Virus record (IMG/VR): IMGVR_UViG_3300037262_000003
Coordinates: 32,001-96,000 of that record
DNA length: 64,000 nucleotides
Direction: 5' to 3' (one strand)
From: a virus
A program made the translations under genes and the position numbers. The notes under the pieces were generated by a model. It searched no databases. It was given only the letters and a program-made list of their open reading frames with translations, and had not been told where the DNA came from. Below, piece by piece: positions 1 through 9,174 of this stretch (within the stretch, counting starts at the first letter, position 1; the number at the start of each line of letters is the position of its first letter).

Positions 1-170
1 GGACCCTGTTGCTGCTGCTGACCATAGCCCGTGACCTGGCTCCCCGGCTGCTGCGGCTGGTAGACCTGCTGAGGTTCGTCCTGCCACCATGCCTTGCCTG
101 CCACCGGAGCTGTGGGCTGTGCCGCTGGTGCTCCCGATGTCGGAGTGAATACGTTGTCCCAGAATGCCAT
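1..170 (-). CDS. Hypothetical protein, N-terminal part (runs off window): MAFWDNVFTPTSGAPAAQPTAPVAGKAWWQDEPQQ...
   Basis: Hand translation; ATG at 170 just after the stop of 173..586 with AGGA upstream; open to window edge. Confidence 0.7.
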   Translation of the reverse strand, partial: MAFWDNVFTPTSGAPAAQPTAPVAGKAWWQDEPQQVYQPQQPGSQVTGYGQQQQQG

Positions 171-172
171 TG

Positions 173-586
173 CTATTCCTTGAATACGAGTATGCCCGAG
201 GCTAGAAGGTGTGAGACTATGCCGTGGACTGCTGTTACGATTACGTTGGTGGTCTGCCTGACTAGCGTGTTGCGGAGGAAGTCAGTGGGAATTCCGTCAT
301 CATCATCGTCATCGTCATCGATGACATCCTCTGCCTGCATGAGGAAATATTCAGCGATAGCCTCCGCTGAATAGCTCGACATCACACCGAGGGTTTCCGA
401 GAGAGGCTTCATTGAACTGATACGAGTGTCGCTTTCCTTGCGTTCCATCTCAAGGACGTCAAGACTGGAGGGTACAAGGCCCAGTCGCTCCTGCATCTCT
501 AGAAGCTGCTCGTCTGTCGCACTGTAAGGCAGTACGTCAATGATAACCCGACGAAGCAACGACGGTCGAGGGTCTTGTGTCTCCAT
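173..586 (-). CDS. Hypothetical protein with acidic tract
   Basis: ORF track; ATG 586 preceded by GGAGGT. Confidence 0.75.
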   Translation of the reverse strand: METQDPRPSLLRRVIIDVLPYSATDEQLLEMQERLGLVPSSLDVLEMERKESDTRISSMKPLSETLGVMSSYSAEAIAEYFLMQAEDVIDDDDDDDDGIPTDFLRNTLVRQTTNVIVTAVHGIVSHLLASGILVFKE

Positions 587-587
587 A

Positions 588-2714
588 TTAACCTCCAATA
601 AGACGAAGGGGCAGGAACCGAAGTCCCTGCCCCTTAGTGTACATGACTAACTTGGCATCTGACCAGCGATCACACACATGGAGATCGATCTTCAAGGGCA
701 AAGCAACGTAGTCCTGAATCCCTTCGCCCGTCATAGCCCACTCTAGGAGGGCCTGAGCTTCGGGAACATCAGCCTCGGGGCACTCGATCACGATTTCATC
801 GTGGACCGTAAGGTTGATCGTCCAGTACTCCTTCTTCTTACTATAGAACCTCACCATTGCCATCTTTGTCAAGTCAGCAGACGATCCCTGGATCTTAGCG
901 TTGAAGATCTGACGCTCAGCCCTGTTCCGAATCTTCTGATCACCAGACATAAGCTCTGGCAGACGACGCATCCTTCCCAGGATGGTTGACGTGTGAGGTG
1001 GCTTGCCCGTCTTCCTCATTGAATGACGTCGGGCCTCACGGAGAACCTTTTCCTTCTCGGCCTCGATCTCCGGGGTGTTCCTGTCGTACCTGTCCTTGAA
1101 CTCCTGAGCCTCATCCATAGACACGGACATCATAGAAGCTAGCTTCTTGATCCACGCGCCGTAGACTGTGGCGAAGTTGATGGACTTGCCGAAACGCTGA
1201 CGGTGATTCTTGGCTTCCTTGTCCCCGGCATCCACTAGAGCTTGCAGTTCTTCCGGTACCAGCCCGAGAGCCATGGCTGCGGTCAATGTGTGAGGGTCGA
1301 TTCCGTTGAGGAACCCGTCCCACATTGCACCATAGCCTATGAAGTGGGCCAGCAGGACCAGCTCGATCTGCCCGTAGTCAGCCACGATCAGCTTGTTACC
1401 TGGTCGGGCAACGAACAGACCACGGATCATCGTAGCCAGGTCATTAGGATCACCGGTCGGACGGGGGATGTTCTGGAGGTTCGGATTTCTACAGCTCATT
1501 CTACCAGTTACTGTGCCGTACTGCACGAAGTCAGGGTAGACGATGCCATCGAACACACGGCATGGCTTTTCCTTGTCGTCTGGGTCACCGAGGTACCCCA
1601 GGACGTACGTGCTGTAGACCTTGTTCGTCTCCCTGTACTCCAAGAGCTTGTCAATGACAGGGTTCTCACCTCTGAAACCTTCTAGGCTCTCGTCATCCGT
1701 TGAGTAGAACGAATGGTCCGGAACGATCTTTACCTTGGCCTTGCGAGCAGCCTCAACCTTCTTCCTCCCAGTCGTGGTCATCTTCCAGGGCCTGAGTCCC
1801 AGGCCGCCGTCCTTCTCGGACTTGAACAGGAGACCCTGGATCTGCTGCGAGCTGCGGAGGTTGACCTTACGTCCAGCCTCATGATAGAACGCCCGCTCTC
1901 TCTGATCAACAAGAACAGACAGTTCCCCGCGTAGCTCCTCCAGCCTCACCGTGTCCATGGCAGTCCCAGTCGTGCGCATGTCAGCCAGGACAGTAGTCAG
2001 CCTGACCTCCCACTCCCAGACTTCCTCAAGTCCGTCAGCGATAAGCAACGGCAGACATCTCTTGTACTCCTGCCATCCGTACACAAGGTCGTAGTGAAGA
2101 TACTGCGCGACCTGGTTCATCCTGTAACGCTCGACGGTCTTGCCAATGCCCGAGTCGTCATAGATAAACCCGTACTTGTTCTTGGTCACAGGCTTGAGAC
2201 CGTACTGCATCTGGTTCTCGTCTGTCAGATGGTGCATCTCTATGGTGCAGACCAGACGACCCTCAGGAACAAGGGGCTTGCCCGAGAACGGAGACGGGCG
2301 GTACTTGGCGACTGACGCACCGTCGAACGTGGCACCGTGAGCGATCTGTGTGATCGCAGAGTCAGCGAACAAAGGATTGATCAGATCAAAGACTTGCTGC
2401 TGATTCATATGCGCCGGGGGCTGTGAGTAGATAGGAACTTTGTAGTTCCTGATCTTACCGTCCTGGCAGAGGCGAGGCTCGATGCCCTCACCGATGATCT
2501 CGTTGCCGATCGGGTGACCCATTGGGATCTTGATGACACGCCCGTGGGTTGCCATTCCCATCCATATAACAGAGTTCCTGGCGGGGACACCGCGATCGTC
2601 TAGGCCCGGCTCAGACGGGATAGACTCCACGTCAAAGAAAAAGATTCCTTGTTCAGCAATATATTCCACCTCCTCCTTCAACCTCTCGGGTGTCAAGATG
2701 ATACTTGAATCCAT
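588..2714 (-). CDS. polA: Family A DNA polymerase with 3'-5' exonuclease; conserved part ends at ...DRWSDAK (651)
   Basis: ExoI FFDVES, ExoII AHGATFD, ExoIII YLHYD; TGRMSCRNPNLQNIP; motif A ADYGQIEL, B RFGKSINFATVYG, C VHDEIV. Confidence 0.95.
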   Translation of the reverse strand: MDSSIILTPERLKEEVEYIAEQGIFFFDVESIPSEPGLDDRGVPARNSVIWMGMATHGRVIKIPMGHPIGNEIIGEGIEPRLCQDGKIRNYKVPIYSQPPAHMNQQQVFDLINPLFADSAITQIAHGATFDGASVAKYRPSPFSGKPLVPEGRLVCTIEMHHLTDENQMQYGLKPVTKNKYGFIYDDSGIGKTVERYRMNQVAQYLHYDLVYGWQEYKRCLPLLIADGLEEVWEWEVRLTTVLADMRTTGTAMDTVRLEELRGELSVLVDQRERAFYHEAGRKVNLRSSQQIQGLLFKSEKDGGLGLRPWKMTTTGRKKVEAARKAKVKIVPDHSFYSTDDESLEGFRGENPVIDKLLEYRETNKVYSTYVLGYLGDPDDKEKPCRVFDGIVYPDFVQYGTVTGRMSCRNPNLQNIPRPTGDPNDLATMIRGLFVARPGNKLIVADYGQIELVLLAHFIGYGAMWDGFLNGIDPHTLTAAMALGLVPEELQALVDAGDKEAKNHRQRFGKSINFATVYGAWIKKLASMMSVSMDEAQEFKDRYDRNTPEIEAEKEKVLREARRHSMRKTGKPPHTSTILGRMRRLPELMSGDQKIRNRAERQIFNAKIQGSSADLTKMAMVRFYSKKKEYWTINLTVHDEIVIECPEADVPEAQALLEWAMTGEGIQDYVALPLKIDLHVCDRWSDAKLVMYTKGQGLRFLPLRLIGG
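606..635 (-). terminator. Stable hairpin with cUUCGg tetraloop, inside the polymerase C-terminal extension
   Basis: AAGGGGCAGGGAC-TTCG-GTTCCTGCCCCTT on - strand. Confidence 0.65.
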
Positions 2715-2731
2715 GTTTACCTCCCTAAATG

Positions 2732-2767
2732 CAGTAGCACCACCCTAGCATGAGGGTGGTGCTACTG
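2732..2767. terminator. 15-bp perfect inverted repeat between SSB and polymerase
   Basis: CAGTAGCACCACCCT-agcatg-AGGGTGGTGCTACTG. Confidence 0.6.
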
Positions 2768-2773
2768 TCAATG

Positions 2774-3487
2774 TTAGCCTAGGGAGTCCACGAACTCCTG
2801 TAGCTCGGCGCGGGTCTTCATCTGGTTAAGGATGTACGTGTCGTCGTACGCACGGTGACGCAGGGCTTCACGCTGTGTGGCAGTGATCGGGCTGAGACCT
2901 TCCCACTCCGACGCCATGTCATCTTCGGACAGACGGTCCACGCTGTAGGAGAAGAAGCCGTTCTTGCCCTTCTCCTTGGAGATGACCCAGTACATGTTGT
3001 CATCCGAAAGGTGCTTGCCCTTTCCGACGAGCTTGTTGTACTCCTTCTGAATGGCAGAAGTCGGATCAGGAGTTGCCTCCCAGACGAGAACCTTGCTCGG
3101 GGCAGAGACATCCACGACGTTGAAGTACGCGGTAGGCTTGGCCCTGTCACCGATCTCGCAGAGCGGGCAGTCATCCTCGTCCTCAAGGCAGTACTCCACC
3201 TTGGTTACCTGAACGGGCTTGCCCGTGGCCTCATCCACAGACATGTACTTGATCCAGTGACGCTTGGCATAGGAGAAGTTCTCCGGGTCAAGGAAGACCA
3301 GGACCGCTGACGAACCCTCAAGCTGGAAGGTGGTCTTGTTGAGGTTGTTATATCCCCCGAAGCCACGACGTGACGTACGCGCAGTGCGTGTGCCCGTGAC
3401 GGTGGTTCCCTCTGATGCTCCGGTGTCGAATGATTCGCTCACTGTGTCGCTCTCTTCTCTTGTCGCTGTGTTACGCGCTGTTCTCAT
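2774..3487 (-). CDS. Single-stranded DNA-binding protein (T4 gp32-like, Zn-binding)
   Basis: H..C..CPLC motif; position beside the polymerase. Confidence 0.65.
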   Translation of the reverse strand: MRTARNTATREESDTVSESFDTGASEGTTVTGTRTARTSRRGFGGYNNLNKTTFQLEGSSAVLVFLDPENFSYAKRHWIKYMSVDEATGKPVQVTKVEYCLEDEDDCPLCEIGDRAKPTAYFNVVDVSAPSKVLVWEATPDPTSAIQKEYNKLVGKGKHLSDDNMYWVISKEKGKNGFFSYSVDRLSEDDMASEWEGLSPITATQREALRHRAYDDTYILNQMKTRAELQEFVDSLG

Positions 3488-3510
3488 GTGTGTTTGACCT
3501 TTCCTCTATT

Positions 3511-3942
3511 TTACCGTATTCCCTGGCGTCTTAGTTCAAGGAAGAGTTCGGTGACCCTCCTGGTGAACCCCGTCTTGGAGATCGAGATCCTCGTACTTGG
3601 GTACAGTACACCCTCTTCGTGTGCGATGTCAAGCAGTCCTTCGACCTGACGACGAGTGTAGTACCTGCGCCTGCCACGAACGTCACCGTTCTTGCCCGGC
3701 ACGTAGTAGCCCGACTTGGGGAGGATGCCGTCAGACTCCCAGCCTCGTATCGTAACAGCCTTACGGTGTCCGAGCAAGTCTGCGAGCTGACCGGTCGTGA
3801 AACACTCTACCTCATACCCCGAGATGGTGAGGATGCGGCCCGAAGGCCATTCGATCTCATCCTCTGGCTCTGGGTCAGGCTTGCGTACCTCGGGCTTCAT
3901 CTTGGAGCCTGGGTAGTACTCGATGATGTTGTCTAGGATCAT
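3511..3942 (-). CDS. MerR-like HTH DNA-binding protein
   Basis: FTTGQLADLLG...TIRGWESDGILP...RRYYT. Confidence 0.75.
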   Translation of the reverse strand: MILDNIIEYYPGSKMKPEVRKPDPEPEDEIEWPSGRILTISGYEVECFTTGQLADLLGHRKAVTIRGWESDGILPKSGYYVPGKNGDVRGRRRYYTRRQVEGLLDIAHEEGVLYPSTRISISKTGFTRRVTELFLELRRQGIR

Positions 3943-4361
3943 GACTTCACCGGCACGATGGCAAAGGTCTCGACCTCTGTGATGAGGGAATCGAGCTGTG
4001 CGTCAGTGATCTTGCCCTGCTGGTTGAGCGCGTAGAGCTTGTCCTCATCGAACTGTCGGACTTCCTTGACAGGGAAGACCTCATCGTAAAGATTCAGTTC
4101 CTTGGACAGGGATTCAGTGGCGTCAAGGTCAATGCTTGACGAGATCCTGCGCTGAGCGCAGATCGCCTTGTAGGTCTTGCCTTCTACTGTGAGTTCTTCC
4201 TCGAAGTCAAGCCAGCGATGCCCGTTCTCGTCCTCCCGCCCGTCCTCCATGAGGATCTCACGCAGGAGATTCCTGTAACTATCACGACTCTTACCCGTGC
4301 GTTCCTGTTCAGCACGGTTGAACAAGAAACCGTGAATCATCTGGTTCACCGCGCTGTTCAT
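3939..4361 (-). CDS. Hypothetical protein of the replication module
   Basis: ORF with ATGA overlaps on both sides. Confidence 0.7.
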   Translation of the reverse strand: MNSAVNQMIHGFLFNRAEQERTGKSRDSYRNLLREILMEDGREDENGHRWLDFEEELTVEGKTYKAICAQRRISSSIDLDATESLSKELNLYDEVFPVKEVRQFDEDKLYALNQQGKITDAQLDSLITEVETFAIVPVKS

Positions 4362-6019
4362 GCCACGTCTCCATTCTCCGAATAGTTACTAGCATACTCC
4401 CAGGCGTCGATGACTTCTTGCGCGTGCTTAATGAGGCTCTTGATGTCCTTGACCAGTGAGCCCGTGATTGTCTTACCGTCAATGGCAGCCAGGGCAATGT
4501 CGTCCTTGAACTCACGGACGGCTGCCTTACGTTCCTCGATCGTGCCTCTCATGAGGACGTTCACTACATTAACCGAGTCGAAGATAGATGAGGCACGGAT
4601 GTGCCGTCCGTTAACCTGCGTGCCAAGTCCGCCCGACCATGCCATGTCGATGTTGATGAGCCAGTTAGCGCACGGCAGGTCAGTACCATAGGCTCCAGCG
4701 TGACTGGAGACGAACACTCTCGTGTCTTCATCGTCTAGGAAGGCGGCAATGGCTGCTTCCTTTGCAGAACTCGTCATCTCTCCGTGGTATTCGACGCACT
4801 CCCAACCGAGATCCTCAAGGCCCTGCTTCGTGACGTTGACCATCATGCGGTAACGGGAGAAGAGAATGACCTTGCTTGACGGATCATTGTGAAGTATGTT
4901 ATTGACCTTGCGCAGAACGTAGTCCAGCTTCGGGGTATCCGTTGGGATACGTGCTCCCTCAGTGACCAGCTTGTGGGCGTACTTCGAGCCCGACTCACCA
5001 TCAGTCTCGTCGTACTTCAACGCCGACAGGTGAATCATCGGAGGGTAGTCAAGCAACTGCTCCATGACAGTGTGGATCGACATGACCTCGCCCATTCCGC
5101 CCTTGGCGCTGGTCTGTCCGCCAGCTCCGTAGTGAGCGCTCAGCGAGAAGCCCCCTGGATGGCTCGGAGAGCGATCGTAGGCGACTAGGAGGTCCCTGGC
5201 CATGTCAACGTATGCCTCTAGCATCTGAGGCTCTGTATCGACCTCCCAGGTATGGTAGACGACCTCTGGCATGAAGGGCGCTACGTCAGGGTCAACCCTG
5301 GACTTCCTGTACATGGCGGTGGACAGCTTCTCCCAGAGGATGTCAAGATTCCTGTAGCCCATGACCCCGCCATTGGAGTCTCTTCTGATGTAGGACTTGT
5401 CGAAGAGGTCAAAGCGCCCGAGGATGTTGCGGTCCACGAACTGCATGATCGAGTAGACATCCTCTGGGATGTTCTCAAGCGGTGTGGCAGTAAGAGCCAG
5501 ACGGAACGGGAAGTATCCCAGGCATTCCTTGATGGCCTGTGACCTCTGCGAAGAGGGGGACTTGATCAGGGAAGCCTCGTCAAGAACAGCGATGGTAGGG
5601 GATAGTTGATAAATATACTCATCGAATTCCGCCACAACCGTGTCGTATCCGACAATGACGTACTCAGGTCGGTTGAGTACTGCACGGGCATACTGATCGC
5701 GGCGCTTAGCAGGGTCTCCGTCGATGATGGTACAGTATTCTTCCTCCGGAACTGTTATGTGCTTGCGCTTGATTTGGAGCTGGCGTGTCGGGATGTCAGT
5801 GACGGAGGCTATGGCCTTGGCCCACTGGTACTTGAGGTTAGCAGGGACCACGAGCAGACAGCACTTGGTCATGCGCCGCTCAAGCAGATCCTCGCAGATG
5901 GCTATAGCCGTGGCAGTCTTCCCAAGCCCTGTGTCCAAGGCGAGCAGAAGACTGCCACGGTCCATGAACATGTCAAACGCCTCTTCCTGGTAGGGAAAGA
6001 GGTCAATTGTCATGGCCAT
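4358..6019 (-). CDS. SNF2-family SF2 helicase
   Basis: DTGLGKT, LDEAS, LTATP, VILFS, YGTDL, QVNGRHIR. Confidence 0.9.
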   Translation of the reverse strand: MAMTIDLFPYQEEAFDMFMDRGSLLLALDTGLGKTATAIAICEDLLERRMTKCCLLVVPANLKYQWAKAIASVTDIPTRQLQIKRKHITVPEEEYCTIIDGDPAKRRDQYARAVLNRPEYVIVGYDTVVAEFDEYIYQLSPTIAVLDEASLIKSPSSQRSQAIKECLGYFPFRLALTATPLENIPEDVYSIMQFVDRNILGRFDLFDKSYIRRDSNGGVMGYRNLDILWEKLSTAMYRKSRVDPDVAPFMPEVVYHTWEVDTEPQMLEAYVDMARDLLVAYDRSPSHPGGFSLSAHYGAGGQTSAKGGMGEVMSIHTVMEQLLDYPPMIHLSALKYDETDGESGSKYAHKLVTEGARIPTDTPKLDYVLRKVNNILHNDPSSKVILFSRYRMMVNVTKQGLEDLGWECVEYHGEMTSSAKEAAIAAFLDDEDTRVFVSSHAGAYGTDLPCANWLINIDMAWSGGLGTQVNGRHIRASSIFDSVNVVNVLMRGTIEERKAAVREFKDDIALAAIDGKTITGSLVKDIKSLIKHAQEVIDAWEYASNYSENGDVA

Positions 6020-6053
6020 GGATACTCCTTTGTAGACTACTAGTTACTCCAGT

Positions 6054-7040
6054 CTACACCCAATCGATACCTTCGAAGTAGGTGAACGCTGCCGGTGTGG
6101 CAGTGAATATCCCGTTGTGAATCTCCTCAGGAGTCAGGTCGTTAGGATCACGACCATCAGGGGTGTGAATGTACGCACCATTATCCTTGCGTACCGTGCC
6201 GTAGTCGAACACGAACGTGCTCGTCCTGGCGTAGGGGTTGTTGAGAATAAAACGCTGCATGGCCTTGTGCCCGGCAGCGTCGTTGTCCAGCATGAGGATC
6301 ACGTGGTCAGCCACGGGCCAGAGCAGATCGTTGACCTGGTAGTCCGTGAAGCTAGAACCACAGGTACTCACCACTCTCTTCCACCCTGCATCGTAGACAA
6401 GCCCCGCCTTGACTGGGTTCTCTAGGACAACGCACAACCCTACGGTCCCCGTTGACTTTAGATTCCTGTAGCCGAAGACAGTGGTCGCCTTCTTGATCTT
6501 GGGAGGGTAGTTGATCACCAACTGCCCATCTTCCCCCGTCCCCTTCTCCTGCCATCCTATGAGCCTGTCTGTCCAGGGGTCTCTGAGGACAAAGACCCAG
6601 CGTTCCTTCTCTTCATTCCACAGAATCTCAAGAGCCTCGCAGGACTCAGCCGAGATCCTTCTCTCTGCCAATCTCTCCGCAGGCGGTGACACGAACGGCC
6701 AGAGATCCATCTCGCGGACAGCAGCCTCGCGTGCTACCTCAGGCTCATCCACTATTCCGATGCGTACCTTCTGCGTCTTGATCCACGCTACAGCCTCGCC
6801 CGACCGCACTCCCTTGGTGATCTGCACGAGCCACTGGAACGAACCACCGAATCCACAAGAGAAACAGTGGTGCTTACCGGTGTTCATATTGATCGACCAC
6901 GACGGAGAGCCGTCATAGTGCTGCGGGCTAGGGCACAGTGCCGTGGCCTCGTCGCCACGGATCTTGAAATCTATATTCAGATCCCACAGCGCCCGTTCCA
7001 TATCAGCGGGCACCAGATCAGGCAGTCTAGTAATCGTCAT
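6054..7040 (-). CDS. DNA primase (CHC2 zinc finger + TOPRIM)
   Basis: CP..H.D..PS....HHCFSCG; LDNDAAG; DPND; SD GAAGGAGG before ATG 7040. Confidence 0.88.
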   Translation of the reverse strand: MTITRLPDLVPADMERALWDLNIDFKIRGDEATALCPSPQHYDGSPSWSINMNTGKHHCFSCGFGGSFQWLVQITKGVRSGEAVAWIKTQKVRIGIVDEPEVAREAAVREMDLWPFVSPPAERLAERRISAESCEALEILWNEEKERWVFVLRDPWTDRLIGWQEKGTGEDGQLVINYPPKIKKATTVFGYRNLKSTGTVGLCVVLENPVKAGLVYDAGWKRVVSTCGSSFTDYQVNDLLWPVADHVILMLDNDAAGHKAMQRFILNNPYARTSTFVFDYGTVRKDNGAYIHTPDGRDPNDLTPEEIHNGIFTATPAAFTYFEGIDWV

Positions 7041-8352
7041 CATCATCCTCCTTCGCCTCATACGCCTGGAACTCGAATACATCCCAGTCCCATTCACCAC
7101 GGATGGTCGGAAGATAGCCCCGACGTGCCGCAGTGTTCTTGATCGTGATCTCCCTGTCGTCTCCCTTGTCGATGGTGAACACCATATCGGAAGCCATGCG
7201 GAGTCCTGTGCCGCCCATCATCGCAGTGTCATCAAATCCGCCGCCCGACTTGCCGAGCTGCTTCTCACGAGCCTGGTGGGTCACCCAGACAGGGAATCGA
7301 TGTCTCATGGCCAGGTTCTTGAGATCCCTTGCAAGGTTGTCGTGAGCCTCCCAGCTTGAACCAGGAGTGCGGCCCGTGGCCTCGTCAGTCAGGAAGTAAA
7401 ACCCGTCGATGTAAACGATGTCGGGCTCGAACTTCTCGATCTCGTACTCAAGGTGAGACATGGTGAACTTCGAGATGGGCTGGACGATGGAGAATGCCTC
7501 TGAACCGCTGGACATCTCCCTCTCCCAGTACTCGCGGACCTTCTGCTCGTCAGACTTGGGCAGACGGAATTCCCTGGTGCTGGCGATATAAGGCGCAGGG
7601 TTAACCCCGGCTCCATAGCAGACCAGCATGTCACGAACGTCTTCCTCCGGTATCTCAGTCGAGATGAATATGACACGGCGAGGGTCGAGCTGCTCCTGCC
7701 CCGAGAAGGATGTCCTTCCGAACCAGGCGTGGTAGGCAGACTGCAAGAGGAACGTGGTCTTGCCCGCCTTGGCACGGCCTACCAGCGTGATGAGCTGACC
7801 GGGCTGCGAGCCAGGGAAGTGCTTGTCCAGCTCATCGATGCCGAAGCCAGGGCCAGGCTCGCGCACCATAGCGATACGTTCTTCGAGCTGGTAGTCCGAT
7901 CGGTCCCAGGTCACCGAGATGGCAGCCTGCTCCTGCTGGTACAGAACCTTGCGTGCCGTCGCCATCATGATCTCAGCGGCAGTGACAGGATCTCCTGCCT
8001 CCACGTAGCGCTGGGCCTCAGTCGTGCCGACCTGAGTCTCGAACATGGAGACTGCCTGCTTGGCCAGGTCCACAAGCTCACGGTCATCGAACGAGGGCTC
8101 CACCAGCCTGTAACTCTCGGGCGGGTACGAGCGCCTGAACAACGTGATGTCCATGACCTTCGTGTACTTCTCGTAGTGCCTGAGGATGGTGTTCCAGGCG
8201 TCAATGTCCTGGCCCGTGAACACTGCCGCATACGCAGGGCTCATCTGGTTGGACATGAACTCGCCGTCCAGTCCCGCCTTAAGGTAAGGCTGGATGTTCT
8301 TGGTCTGTAGCACACGGGCGATAATCTCACGCCCGAGGATCATCTTAGCGAT
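7027..8352 (-). CDS. dnaB: DnaB-like replicative helicase (start ATC 8352 or ATG 8343)
   Basis: Walker A GRAKAGKT, ISTE, YIDG, LKNLA, THQ, LRMASD. Confidence 0.88.
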   Translation of the reverse strand: MAKMILGREIIARVLQTKNIQPYLKAGLDGEFMSNQMSPAYAAVFTGQDIDAWNTILRHYEKYTKVMDITLFRRSYPPESYRLVEPSFDDRELVDLAKQAVSMFETQVGTTEAQRYVEAGDPVTAAEIMMATARKVLYQQEQAAISVTWDRSDYQLEERIAMVREPGPGFGIDELDKHFPGSQPGQLITLVGRAKAGKTTFLLQSAYHAWFGRTSFSGQEQLDPRRVIFISTEIPEEDVRDMLVCYGAGVNPAPYIASTREFRLPKSDEQKVREYWEREMSSGSEAFSIVQPISKFTMSHLEYEIEKFEPDIVYIDGFYFLTDEATGRTPGSSWEAHDNLARDLKNLAMRHRFPVWVTHQAREKQLGKSGGGFDDTAMMGGTGLRMASDMVFTIDKGDDREITIKNTAARRGYLPTIRGEWDWDVFEFQAYEAKEDDDDDY

Positions 8353-8439
8353 GGTAATCCTCCTTCTTGTGGGTGAGCGTGCAGCGCTCACCAGTATGCT
8401 TTGAATAGTTACGCGGCATCCAACTGCCACATACTGCCA

Positions 8440-8937
8440 CTACTGAATCCCCTTCCTCTTACGTCTGTCCCGGTACACTCTCCACAGTCCCTTGGTGCAA
8501 TCGTCCAGGGTAACCGGGTCGTAGAACATTCCGAGAACGTCCTCCACGCCATTGCAGTACCCCCAGGGAGCGTTCTTCTTGAAGTACCTCACGACATTGC
8601 GCCCGAAGTCAGCCAGAGATAGCTGCCTGCCGTCACCATCGCGGAACCTCTCGGGGTAAGCCGCATAACTGATCCTGATAGCCGAACGATCCAGGGCGTC
8701 CTGTCCCCTCTTGAACAGCCAGGCAGCGTTCTTGCCTGTGATGATGCCCTCATCGTAGAAGAACTTCTCCATCTCCTGAGCGATAGCCCAGGCCACATCG
8801 TCAGGATCACCCAGTCGGTCAGGCGTAGCGTTCTCACCTCTCACGAACCTAGGACGATCTTCATCAGCCCGACGTTCCCTGTCTCTAAGAGACCCTGGTC
8901 TCGGGGCTGGCTTGTTCCTGTTGTAGACCTTTTCCAT
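8440..8937 (-). CDS. Hypothetical protein heading the replication operon
   Basis: ORF with SD AGAAGGAGG. Confidence 0.7.
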   Translation of the reverse strand: MEKVYNRNKPAPRPGSLRDRERRADEDRPRFVRGENATPDRLGDPDDVAWAIAQEMEKFFYDEGIITGKNAAWLFKRGQDALDRSAIRISYAAYPERFRDGDGRQLSLADFGRNVVRYFKKNAPWGYCNGVEDVLGMFYDPVTLDDCTKGLWRVYRDRRKRKGIQ

Positions 8938-9070
8938 GTCGCCTCCTTCTGGTCATAGTTCTACAGCACCAGAGTCGGGATGTCAACTTCGGAGTCAGCT
9001 CGGCCATAAGTATTTTGGTAGGGAACTACATGAGTATTAGAACCAAAGTCAAAGTCAAAACCTAATGACG

Positions 9071-9099
9071 ATTGTAGCGACGGGTCTAGGAGTTGTCAA
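9071..9099 (-). promoter_or_regulatory. Housekeeping-sigma promoter for the replication operon
   Basis: TTGACA-17-TACAAT. Confidence 0.8.
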
Positions 9100-9122
9100 G
9101 CACTCTCGGATCTTGGGACTGC

Positions 9123-9152
9123 TTGACTCCCAGGGGTACCTGGCCCTAGACT
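9123..9152 (+). promoter_or_regulatory. Divergent housekeeping-sigma promoter
   Basis: TTGACT-18-TAGACT, followed by SD AAGGAGG. Confidence 0.7.
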
Positions 9153-9174
9153 GTTGGGACAAGGAGGTACAAAC

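Noticed and set aside
588-8352. Inteins or introns in polymerase, helicases or primase
   Set aside because: Motif spacing and lengths look normal; no splice-junction or LAGLIDADG motifs seen
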